A DNA stretch of 64,000 bases from an uncultured virus (IMG/VR IMGVR_UViG_3300035698_029469) (lineage: Duplodnaviria > Heunggongvirae > Uroviricota > Caudoviricetes). The position numbers and the translations under genes are program-made. The first letter of the stretch is position 1. Each line of letters starts with the position of its first letter. The notes under the pieces are model-generated. The model saw only the letters and a program-made list of their open reading frames with translations. It was not told the origin of the DNA and ran no database searches. The stretch is from the IMG/VR virus record IMGVR_UViG_3300035698_029469; one strand, written 5' to 3'. Of this stretch, positions 56,909 to 63,897 are shown piece after piece.

Positions 56909-57139
56909 ATGAAATCATTAGATGAATTAGAAAATTTAGGATTTACATTATTTTCAATAGGTTTAATAGCTGCTATTGTGGGAACTATATTTACAATAAT
57001 ATATATGTGTTTAGGTGTTTTTAATGAAATTGAAACTCAAAGCATGATACTTTCAATTATAGTTAGTTTTTTTATATGTTGGATAGGATTTACTATATTA
57101 AATTACGCCGATAAAATTCATGATGAAATAAATGAATAA
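56909..57139 (+). CDS. Two-TM membrane protein
   Basis: Linker motif; hydrophobic. Confidence 0.6.
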   Translation: MKSLDELENLGFTLFSIGLIAAIVGTIFTIIYMCLGVFNEIETQSMILSIIVSFFICWIGFTILNYADKIHDEINE

Positions 57140-57182
57140 GGTCGGTTTATTTAAACTAAAGCGACAAAATGGAAATGATAAG

Positions 57183-57344
57183 ATGGAAAATAGAAATTAT
57201 GTTTTTGTAAATATATCTCCTCCGGTTGATTATTTAATGCGCTACATATTTAGAAGTGTGGAGCGACCATATACATATAAGACAATAACTAAAATTTATG
57301 AAAATGGTTATCATAGTAAAGATGAAGAAATTATTCATTATTAA
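57183..57344 (+). CDS. Small hypothetical protein
   Basis: Degenerate linker GGAAATGATAAG ATG. Confidence 0.45.
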   Translation: MENRNYVFVNISPPVDYLMRYIFRSVERPYTYKTITKIYENGYHSKDEEIIHY

Positions 57345-57388
57345 AACGACAAGGAGAAATGAAAAATGGAAAATAAAGAGATGATAAA

Positions 57389-57856
57389 ATGATAGCAAAC
57401 GGAAAACAAATCGAACTTACAGATCGTTGGATCGGGTTACCTGTCCAAACTAAATTTATGTTTGTCGATAATGATGCTATTGAACAAGGGTTATTTAGTG
57501 GGCAATTTATATATTGTGATCATGATAGATGCGTTATTGATTTTGGAGTTTATAAAAATAGACTTAGGAATTCTGATCAGATATTTTACGGTGTAAACAT
57601 GCAAAGATTTGTCAAAGCTATGTATTGGATTCGACGAAATTTCGAACAAAACGGGGCGGTTAATCCAAATTCTTTTGAATCAATCATACCAATTGTTGAT
57701 GATCTCGAACCGATAGAGGTCGAATTCCTCAATGAGTATTATGATGATTATATGATTATTTATAGAAAAATTTTTGTAGTTCCGTCCAAAATGATGGTTA
57801 ATGCCGAAAAATACGACTTGGGTCACCGGAAAAGTTGGTTTAAAGATGAGGTATGA
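57389..57856 (+). CDS. HRKSWF-family protein
   Basis: Paralog of ORF 55407; ends DLGHRKSWFKDEV. Confidence 0.65.
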   Translation: MIANGKQIELTDRWIGLPVQTKFMFVDNDAIEQGLFSGQFIYCDHDRCVIDFGVYKNRLRNSDQIFYGVNMQRFVKAMYWIRRNFEQNGAVNPNSFESIIPIVDDLEPIEVEFLNEYYDDYMIIYRKIFVVPSKMMVNAEKYDLGHRKSWFKDEV

Positions 57857-57860
57857 TAAA

Positions 57861-58244
57861 ATGATGTTAGGTAATAGTGATTATTTTTTAGATGATCGAT
57901 TTTTGGGAATGCGTTTAAATGTTTCCGAAAATGTAACTTTTGGGCACGAAATGTTCAAAAACAAACCGACTTTTTATCAAACTGAAAATGAAAATTATAT
58001 TAAAGTTATGATTTTAATGAAGGGATCAAATCATAATAAAAGTCCTTTAATGTCAACTTTAGATTATATGGGACCCTTTTCAGTTAAGCGTAATTCTGTC
58101 TTTGCTTCATTAGAATTATTATTAGCGAGTGTAAATCCGAATTCTTATAATTTGGAACGATTAACAACACAAGAGAAATTATTTTATGATGAGTATTTAT
58201 TTGATCACCGGAAAAGTTGGTTTGAAGATGAGGAATTAATTTAA
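57861..58244 (+). CDS. HRKSWF-family protein, divergent
   Basis: GAGGTATGATAAA SD; LDDRFLG; ends DHRKSWFEDEELI. Confidence 0.6.
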   Translation: MMLGNSDYFLDDRFLGMRLNVSENVTFGHEMFKNKPTFYQTENENYIKVMILMKGSNHNKSPLMSTLDYMGPFSVKRNSVFASLELLLASVNPNSYNLERLTTQEKLFYDEYLFDHRKSWFEDEELI

Positions 58245-58267
58245 ATTACAAGGAGAGATGAAAAATA

Positions 58268-58480
58268 ATGGGAATATTAAAAAAACTTATGCCGTTTCGG
58301 GTTCCATATAGTAATGGCCCGTGTTGGTATAAAGGAAAATGGAACGGTTATGACAAATTAGAATTATTGAATGGACATAAAGTATATAGACATTGGCGAA
58401 GTTTATCTATAAATTTATTAGATATAATTTTAATTCCAATTTATATAATAATAAAGAGAAAAAGGAGAGTAATAAAATGA
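58268..58480 (+). CDS. Hypothetical protein
   Basis: Linker motif. Confidence 0.5.
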   Translation: MGILKKLMPFRVPYSNGPCWYKGKWNGYDKLELLNGHKVYRHWRSLSINLLDIILIPIYIIIKRKRRVIK

Positions 58481-58566
58481 AACGAAATAAAAAATATTTT
58501 TATGGCAAATATATGAAAATTACTATTTTGGGATTGATTAATCGACTTTGGAGGAGAGAATAAAAA

Positions 58567-58824
58567 ATGGAAAATGAGAATGAAATTAGAATTAGGCGAA
58601 AAAATTACATGTTTAATTTTGACACTAAATGTGTGGTTATTAACAATAAACAGGGAATGTCGTTGGATTCGTTTTTTGAAAAATTCGATCCAAAATCTCG
58701 TATAGAATGGCGCGATTGGAATGGACTGCGCCGTTTCCGATTTTGGCAAGAATATTCACTTTTTATACAACAAAAAATGATAGAGCGGGATGCCATCGAA
58801 AATGCAAAAAGGAGGAATGATTAA
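58567..58824 (+). CDS. Hypothetical protein
   Basis: GGAGGAG SD. Confidence 0.6.
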   Translation: MENENEIRIRRKNYMFNFDTKCVVINNKQGMSLDSFFEKFDPKSRIEWRDWNGLRRFRFWQEYSLFIQQKMIERDAIENAKRRND

Positions 58825-59178
58825 ATGAATAAAAGAACAAGATTAGTGAATCTTACACCGCATGAAATAACTATATATCGCGGAAGCAAGATAATCCAAA
58901 TTATAGAGCCAAGCGGCCAAAAAGCCTTTATTACCACATCTTACAGAAAGTTGAGAACTGTTAACGGCATAGACGTTGTCGAAACAGAATGGGGGGAACC
59001 GAAAGGAATCCCGCCGCCGGCACCGAACACTTTTTATATTGTTTCGACGGTGGTGTTGCAGGGTAGCGACCGTGAGGATCTTATAGCGCCGGATACTGGT
59101 AAAACGGCTGTTAAAGCTAACGGTAAGATTATAGGAATAACCAGGTTTCAGGTGTGGGCTTGGGCACCTGGGAAATAA
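58825..59178 (+). CDS. Conserved viral protein of the NLTPH family, function unknown
   Basis: LVNLTPHEITI..PSG..YIVS..R.DLIAPDT. Confidence 0.7.
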   Translation: MNKRTRLVNLTPHEITIYRGSKIIQIIEPSGQKAFITTSYRKLRTVNGIDVVETEWGEPKGIPPPAPNTFYIVSTVVLQGSDREDLIAPDTGKTAVKANGKIIGITRFQVWAWAPGK

Positions 59179-59207
59179 AACCCAAACATTCTTTATTTTT
59201 TCATTAA

Positions 59208-59280
59208 TGCCCATAGTCGGTCTCGAACCGACGATCAACAGCTTAGGAAGCTGATGCCTTATCCACTAGACTATACGGGC
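59208..59280 (-). tRNA. tRNA-Arg(CCT)
   Basis: GCCCGTA/TATGGGC acceptor; loop TT-CCT-AA; T arm GTCGG TTCGAGA CCGAC. Confidence 0.9.
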
Positions 59281-59286
59281 TTAAAG

Positions 59287-59360
59287 TGCTCTTAGAGGGA
59301 CTTGAACCCTCGCCGACCCGGTTAGAAGCCGGGCATTCTATCCAACTGAATTATAAGAGC
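59287..59360 (-). tRNA. tRNA-Arg(TCT)
   Basis: GCTCTTA/TAAGAGC; CCCGG CT-TCT-AA CCGGG; GAGGG TTCAAGT CCCTC. Confidence 0.92.
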
Positions 59361-59370
59361 TTGATTTGGA

Positions 59371-59443
59371 AGCCCACGGTCGGACTTGAACCGACAATTA
59401 CGGATTCCGAAGACCCGAGCCTTATCCTTTTGGCCACGTGGGC
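59371..59443 (-). tRNA. tRNA-Arg(TCG)
   Basis: GCCCACG/CGTGGGC; CGGGT CT-TCG-GA ATCCG; GTCGG TTCAAGT CCGAC. Confidence 0.88.
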
Positions 59444-59449
59444 TTATGA

Positions 59450-59535
59450 TGGTGGGCGGGAGCGGATTCGAACCGCTGTCTCCTCAGTAGTTTCCTAGGA
59501 CTGACTTGAGGCGTCTGCCTCTAACCTACCCGCTC
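59450..59535 (-). ncRNA. tRNA-like RNA with a 20-nt anticodon-region loop; anticodon undetermined
   Basis: GAGCGGG/CCCGCCC-A-CCA; T arm AGCGG TTCGAAT CCGCT; CCTCA/TGAGG stem. Confidence 0.7.
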
Positions 59536-59547
59536 ATAGACCTGGAT

Positions 59548-59675
59548 TGGTGGTAACTGCCGGATTTAAACCGACGTCATCGGGCGGCTTACACGTTCGA
59601 GCGCAATTAACGCTCCTCCCGACCCATTGCGGGATGTGCCCTGTCCCTATGTAATCTCTGCTATACTAGGTTACC
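59548..59675 (-). ncRNA. tRNA-like RNA with a 60-nt branched domain replacing the anticodon loop
   Basis: GGTAACC/AGTTACC-A-CCA; D stem; T arm GTCGG TTTAAAT CCGGC; internal hairpins. Confidence 0.7.
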
Positions 59676-59840
59676 ATTGTATTTTTTTAACAGTGTATTG
59701 ATTCTTAAACAGCAGGACTCGATTCTATCATCCATATATTTCGTTTCGGCACGAGAACACTTTATGCCGTATATTATAACTAAGATAGGCCCCACTATAG
59801 CTATTATAATGCACAAAACATCGATGTATAATGGTATCAT
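59661..59840 (-). CDS. 59-aa single-TM protein inside the tRNA cluster
   Basis: AAGGAG SD; MIPLYIDVLCIIIAIVGPILVIIYGIKC..; the last codons overlap the tRNA-like RNA. Confidence 0.55.
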   Translation of the reverse strand: MIPLYIDVLCIIIAIVGPILVIIYGIKCSRAETKYMDDRIESCCLRINTLLKKYNGNLV

Positions 59841-59877
59841 TGTGTTTTCTCCTTTCTATTTTATGCTACGTCGAAAT

Positions 59878-60038
59878 TGGTGGCAACCGGTGGATTCGAA
59901 CCACCGTTGATTGGATATCTCCTTACTCTGTTTATTCGCGCGCGCCACATAAGCTGAGGGGATCATGAGTCCAACGTCTCAGAGGGCTTCTTACCCGGTT
60001 ACCCGAGCGGTATGCCAACCTGGCTAGACTAGATTGCC
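59878..60038 (-). tRNA. tRNA-Met(CAT) with two insertions: about 37 nt in the D-loop and a 47-nt intron at 37/38
   Basis: GGCAATC/GGTTGCC-A-CCA; GTCT/AGAC D stem; TTGGA CT-CAT-G[intron 59917-59963]A TCCAA; GGTGG TTCGAAT CCACC. Confidence 0.8.
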
Positions 60039-60045
60039 TTTAATT

Positions 60046-60122
60046 TGGTGTCAGCGAGTGGAGTTTAACCACTGCAGCCCGGGCAGACTGTACGCCTTGC
60101 TTTTGCACTCAGCCACACTGAC
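60046..60122 (-). ncRNA. Degenerate tRNA-like RNA (loop TA-CAG-TC, no U33)
   Basis: GTCAGTG/CGCTGAC-A-CCA; GCT/AGC D stem; AGTGG TTAAACT CCACT. Confidence 0.65.
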
Positions 60123-60232
60123 AACAGTTAACGTCTGTTCCCGCCTCACGGCAAGACGAGACGGATTACCCTTTTTTAATCTCCAACGGTAATCTGGAGA
60201 AGCCGCTTTCGGGGCGCGCACCATACCCTGTT
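60123..60232 (-). ncRNA. Predicted structured RNA with an H-type pseudoknot and two GNRA hairpins at the head of the tRNA cluster
   Basis: TCTCCA/TGGAGA plus GATTACC/GGTAATC; TCTTGCC-GTGA-GGCGGGA; C-GAAA-G; AACAG/CTGTT closing stem; TTTAAAAA box upstream. Confidence 0.55.
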
Positions 60233-60318
60233 TTCCCTTTAAAACGTCTATTTTTAAAGCTTAGAGTGGTAATGCCTTTAAGTAGATCCTTCTATCTCTT
60301 ATCTGTGCGGCCGGGTAT

Positions 60319-62154
60319 TTAATAATCCCAAGTAGTTGCAACCGCAAAGCCCGAAAAATCATCATAATCATCATTTGTGAAATTTATAACTTTGGGTTCT
60401 TGTTGTGCTCTACCGCCGGGTGAGTTGCCCTGTCTATAAGCTATAGCGGCAACCGGTTCATGTCCCGGGCTATCGTCCCGCATTTGTCTTAATGCCCAAG
60501 CTCCCATAGCCAGGGTAATAACCCGATCATCACGGCCGTTTTTGGGATATTTAATATTGCCGCTTTCCGTGAATTCTTGTCGGAATTCGCGCAGCTCGTT
60601 TTCGAGGGAATAGAGTTCATGATCTATAGTTCCTTTAGTCTTTCGATGTTCGGGATTATAATAGGGAATTCGGATTTCGTTATTCTCGAAGAGGTGCTTG
60701 AGATTAGAAATAACCAGCGGTTTATTTTGAGCTGTAAAGTTTAGGCCAAGATCGCCTTTGGTGCGCCAAAAATGCGGAGGTTCATATCCAAACATTTGAT
60801 CGCAGGCTTTTTTAAGGCCTTTCACAAATATTCGGCCGACATTTTTACCGTCAAATACTACGGCCGTCGGACGGAAAGCTTCAATTAATCTTAAAGCTTG
60901 GGGTAACAATACTTCTTCGTAGTCAGCATGTAGATAACTTTCCTGCCAAACAAGCGAAGTGCATTCTCTTACGATCATTGTCCCATCTTTATCGCTGTTT
61001 ACGATTGTCGGGCGTTTTGTTATAAATGAAAATACCGTTCGATCGTGGGCTTGACCAAGGTCCCCGGCAAATACAAGAGGATATTTTCCTTTTGGTTCGG
61101 GGTCTAAAAATGGATAGCCGGCCGATTTAGTCTCGGCTTCTTTTGTAAAATGCGAGACCGAATCCAATAATTGATCTGCAATAAAAACTCCGCCTTTTGC
61201 CGGCTCTTGAATTAAATCTTTACCGTAGAGGCCGGCAATTGCTCTAACAGAATCGGTTTCGATAAATGGATTAACAATGGGGACCCAACCGTTTACATCG
61301 CGGGCACGGAGAATATATTCGTTCTTAAATACGCTATCGGCATCGGAAACAAATTCTCCTTGAAGTTCTTCTTTAATCGAACGCGGACTGATTCTGTGAT
61401 CTTCCATTTTTTGAAGAAATAATTCTGTATTCATCCACGGTACTGCCCATTTACATTGATTTTCGATTAAATTACCGTGGTTATCGAAGAAGAGATCATC
61501 TTTAATATTATATTTTTTATAGTAATTTTCGTTGGTTTCGCTTATCCATTGCTCATAAAACCAGCCGCTCATTCCGAACGGTGTAGAACCTGCAATAACA
61601 CGGGAAAAATCAAAATTAGGTCTTATTGTTGGTAAAACGGGACCAACAATGAATTCCGTGGGTAATTGTGCAACTTCATCTATAAAACCAATTTCAAAAC
61701 TCCGGCCACGGCAAGCGTCGCTTACAGGAAAAGCCCAAATGTCAGAACGATTTTTAAGTTTAAAATGATCTTTGGCAATATTTTTTGGAACTAAAGTATG
61801 AAAATCGCTGTTCCTGATAAATTGTTCAATTATTCCGACTGATCTTGTTGCTTCATTATAACCCACCGAAAAATAGCCGATTAAAATACCTGGCCGTGTG
61901 ATCATAAGAGCCGCTGCTATCACGTGCATAAGTGTAGATTTAGCATAACCTCTGGGAGCTTTTAAAAGTAATGTTCTTTTGCCTTCATAGACACCATCTT
62001 CAGGAGAACCGTATTGAAAGAGCCGACAAGCTTCTTTTTGCCATTCGAGAAGTCTAAATGGCCGAAGTCCTTTTTCTTCTTTAAAGAAAGTTTCAATGAA
62101 GGTTACGAGATCCCGCATTAGATGAAGGTCTGCCATGCTAACGTTTATTCTCAT
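60319..62154 (-). CDS. terL: Terminase large subunit
   Basis: WQ motif; Walker A APRGYAKST; Walker B FIDEVAQ; GSTPFG..WFYE; RNase H-like DLGQAHD and DDRVITLAM. Confidence 0.92.
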   Translation of the reverse strand: MRINVSMADLHLMRDLVTFIETFFKEEKGLRPFRLLEWQKEACRLFQYGSPEDGVYEGKRTLLLKAPRGYAKSTLMHVIAAALMITRPGILIGYFSVGYNEATRSVGIIEQFIRNSDFHTLVPKNIAKDHFKLKNRSDIWAFPVSDACRGRSFEIGFIDEVAQLPTEFIVGPVLPTIRPNFDFSRVIAGSTPFGMSGWFYEQWISETNENYYKKYNIKDDLFFDNHGNLIENQCKWAVPWMNTELFLQKMEDHRISPRSIKEELQGEFVSDADSVFKNEYILRARDVNGWVPIVNPFIETDSVRAIAGLYGKDLIQEPAKGGVFIADQLLDSVSHFTKEAETKSAGYPFLDPEPKGKYPLVFAGDLGQAHDRTVFSFITKRPTIVNSDKDGTMIVRECTSLVWQESYLHADYEEVLLPQALRLIEAFRPTAVVFDGKNVGRIFVKGLKKACDQMFGYEPPHFWRTKGDLGLNFTAQNKPLVISNLKHLFENNEIRIPYYNPEHRKTKGTIDHELYSLENELREFRQEFTESGNIKYPKNGRDDRVITLAMGAWALRQMRDDSPGHEPVAAIAYRQGNSPGGRAQQEPKVINFTNDDYDDFSGFAVATTWDY

Positions 62155-62158
62155 TTAA

Positions 62159-62497
62159 TCAATCTTCCAGTTCTTCGCCGATAATAACACAGCCTGCACA
62201 CCCGTGAGTATCCCAAATTTTCATGTTAAATTCTCGATTATTTCCGCCTTTAAATCTACAATGTTCTCCAGTGTAAGCACAACCTAAACAACGCTCAGTT
62301 TGTCCGTTTTCGCCGTTCCGTTCCTTCATTTGTTCACCGACATTGTAGTGTTCCTTTCCCCAATCTTCATCAACCGTATTGCACAGATGGCAATAGCCGG
62401 CAAACATCCGCTTGCCTTCGTCAAAACAATCGCAATTTGGACACATACAATCACCACAAGCTTTACACCATTGTTTTCCGCATTCTATATCCATCAA
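62159..62497 (-). CDS. Cys-rich Zn-binding protein (MDIECGK paralog)
   Basis: Multiple CxxC. Confidence 0.6.
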   Translation of the reverse strand: MMDIECGKQWCKACGDCMCPNCDCFDEGKRMFAGYCHLCNTVDEDWGKEHYNVGEQMKERNGENGQTERCLGCAYTGEHCRFKGGNNREFNMKIWDTHGCAGCVIIGEELED

Positions 62498-62674
62498 TTA
62501 TGACTCCCATCGATTCTTAGTTCCATCTAAGTAACCAGGATATTCTAATTCCATTTCTTGGCAAAAGTCACAATAATGATGTGAATTTGATGATTTTACT
62601 CGAATCCAATTACATTCTTTACATATACAATCACCACAACCCCAACAGAATAGTTTTCCGCATTCTATATCCAT
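62498..62674 (-). CDS. 58-aa Cys-rich protein (MDIECGK paralog)
   Basis: MDIECGKLFCWGCGDCICKEC..YCDFC; AGGAG SD; not in the ORF track. Confidence 0.6.
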   Translation of the reverse strand: MDIECGKLFCWGCGDCICKECNWIRVKSSNSHHYCDFCQEMELEYPGYLDGTKNRWES

Positions 62675-62772
62675 TTTTAATTGATCTCCTGAATTATATA
62701 GTAAAAATGGTAAATATAAATTTATTTGGATTTTGGAAAGATTTTAAATATTCGGGCGCGTAGATTTAAAGT

Positions 62773-63045
62773 ATGAGTGACGAATTAACGCTCGTCGAGG
62801 CTATTGTATTTTCGGATGGTGTCGGCGATAAAACATTAACAGTCAGAGAAATTGTCAAACGTATGTTAAAAACGGATGATGGATATTGGTATTTGAATCG
62901 TTTAACCGGTATAAATGGACGAATGAATGGTGTGCGCAGAATTTTAAATAGTTTGGTAACTAAGGGTTTTGTAAAAAGGGTAAACCTTCGTTATGTTAGC
63001 GGCGGGAATATTCCCAGAATCGGGTATCGGATATGGAGTGATTAA
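62773..63045 (+). CDS. Winged-HTH protein
   Basis: LTVREIVKRM..VRRILNSLVTKGFVKRV. Confidence 0.7.
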   Translation: MSDELTLVEAIVFSDGVGDKTLTVREIVKRMLKTDDGYWYLNRLTGINGRMNGVRRILNSLVTKGFVKRVNLRYVSGGNIPRIGYRIWSD

Positions 63046-63046
63046 A

Positions 63047-63841
63047 ATGCCGTTTGAAAAATATCCGTCTCGGCCGAAGTTTACAGTGGAAGAGGCCGAA
63101 GAATTTTTAAGCAAACGTAACGAATTCATCTACGGCGATCTTAGCGGAAAGCCCAACACAATATTTATTGGCGCTGGGCCAAAATGGCGTAAACGACCAC
63201 CTTGTAAGAGTTGTAACCCTCTTTTTTTCGGCAGAATTCGGGAACTGGGCGATATGGATTTAGATTCTAAAAAAATACGAAAACAGTTACAATCGGATTT
63301 ACCCGAAATATTAAAACGATTTCCGGAAGAAAGTGGAATTACTATCCCAACACCGCAGAGTATTGGCCGGCATATGCGGGATCATGGTTATGATGAACCG
63401 GTTCCCGAGGTTAAATCGGCTACTATTGCTCGAAAAGTGTGTAATGCGGCCTTGTCGCCTTCAATAGAAACTACCGATGCGGAAACAGAAGGCGAGGACG
63501 TATCAATTGATGGTTTGAATTCTGTTCAAGAGTTATTTAAGACGGCGCAGGCTTTATGCGAACGGGAAGAATATATATTGACCCGGCATTTTGAAGAGGA
63601 ACTAACACAGGATGATATAAGGGTAATTTCGGAGAAACGCCAGGCTATCAAGGCCTACGAGCTTGGAAGAGTAGAATACCAGGATAACGAGAAACAGAAG
63701 CAAGTTGCGGTTTTAAATGCTATTGCAGTTAATATGCAAAAAATGGAATATGAGATGGAAGAAGGAAGCCGGGTAAGACAGCTAAATGAAGCAATTCTTA
63801 AATTGGTTGAAATGGAAGAAGAAAGCGAAAATAATAATTAG
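63047..63841 (+). CDS. DNA-binding/coiled-coil protein, terminase small subunit candidate
   Basis: GGAGTGA SD; CKSC..SIGRHMRDH followed by a helical C-terminus; near terL. Confidence 0.4.
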   Translation: MPFEKYPSRPKFTVEEAEEFLSKRNEFIYGDLSGKPNTIFIGAGPKWRKRPPCKSCNPLFFGRIRELGDMDLDSKKIRKQLQSDLPEILKRFPEESGITIPTPQSIGRHMRDHGYDEPVPEVKSATIARKVCNAALSPSIETTDAETEGEDVSIDGLNSVQELFKTAQALCEREEYILTRHFEEELTQDDIRVISEKRQAIKAYELGRVEYQDNEKQKQVAVLNAIAVNMQKMEYEMEEGSRVRQLNEAILKLVEMEEESENNN

Positions 63842-63897
63842 TAAACATTTAAATTTATTATAAAAACTAAATTAGTTAGATTACTGGAGATTACATC

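Noticed and set aside
58567..58824. Second PIP-box (QGMSLDSFF)
   Set aside because: Gln is out of register and the motif is internal; too weak to call.
48133..59178. True integron
   Set aside because: No tyrosine recombinase in the window and no attC-like palindromes; kept only as a cassette-like array.
59450..59535. Opal (TCA) suppressor or tRNA-Sec after removing 13 nt at 37/38
   Set aside because: The resulting loop would have A32/G33, with no BHB and no Sec-type long arms; TGA is used as a normal stop throughout.
59567..59575. Match between the GTCGGTTTA gene-end element and the T-arm of a tRNA mimic, as an att site
   Set aside because: Only 9 nt and no integrase; compatible with chance.
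59286..59910. Plus-strand ORFs 59286-59498 and 59677-59910
   Set aside because: They are antisense translations of tRNA genes (GLEP, DSNH signatures).
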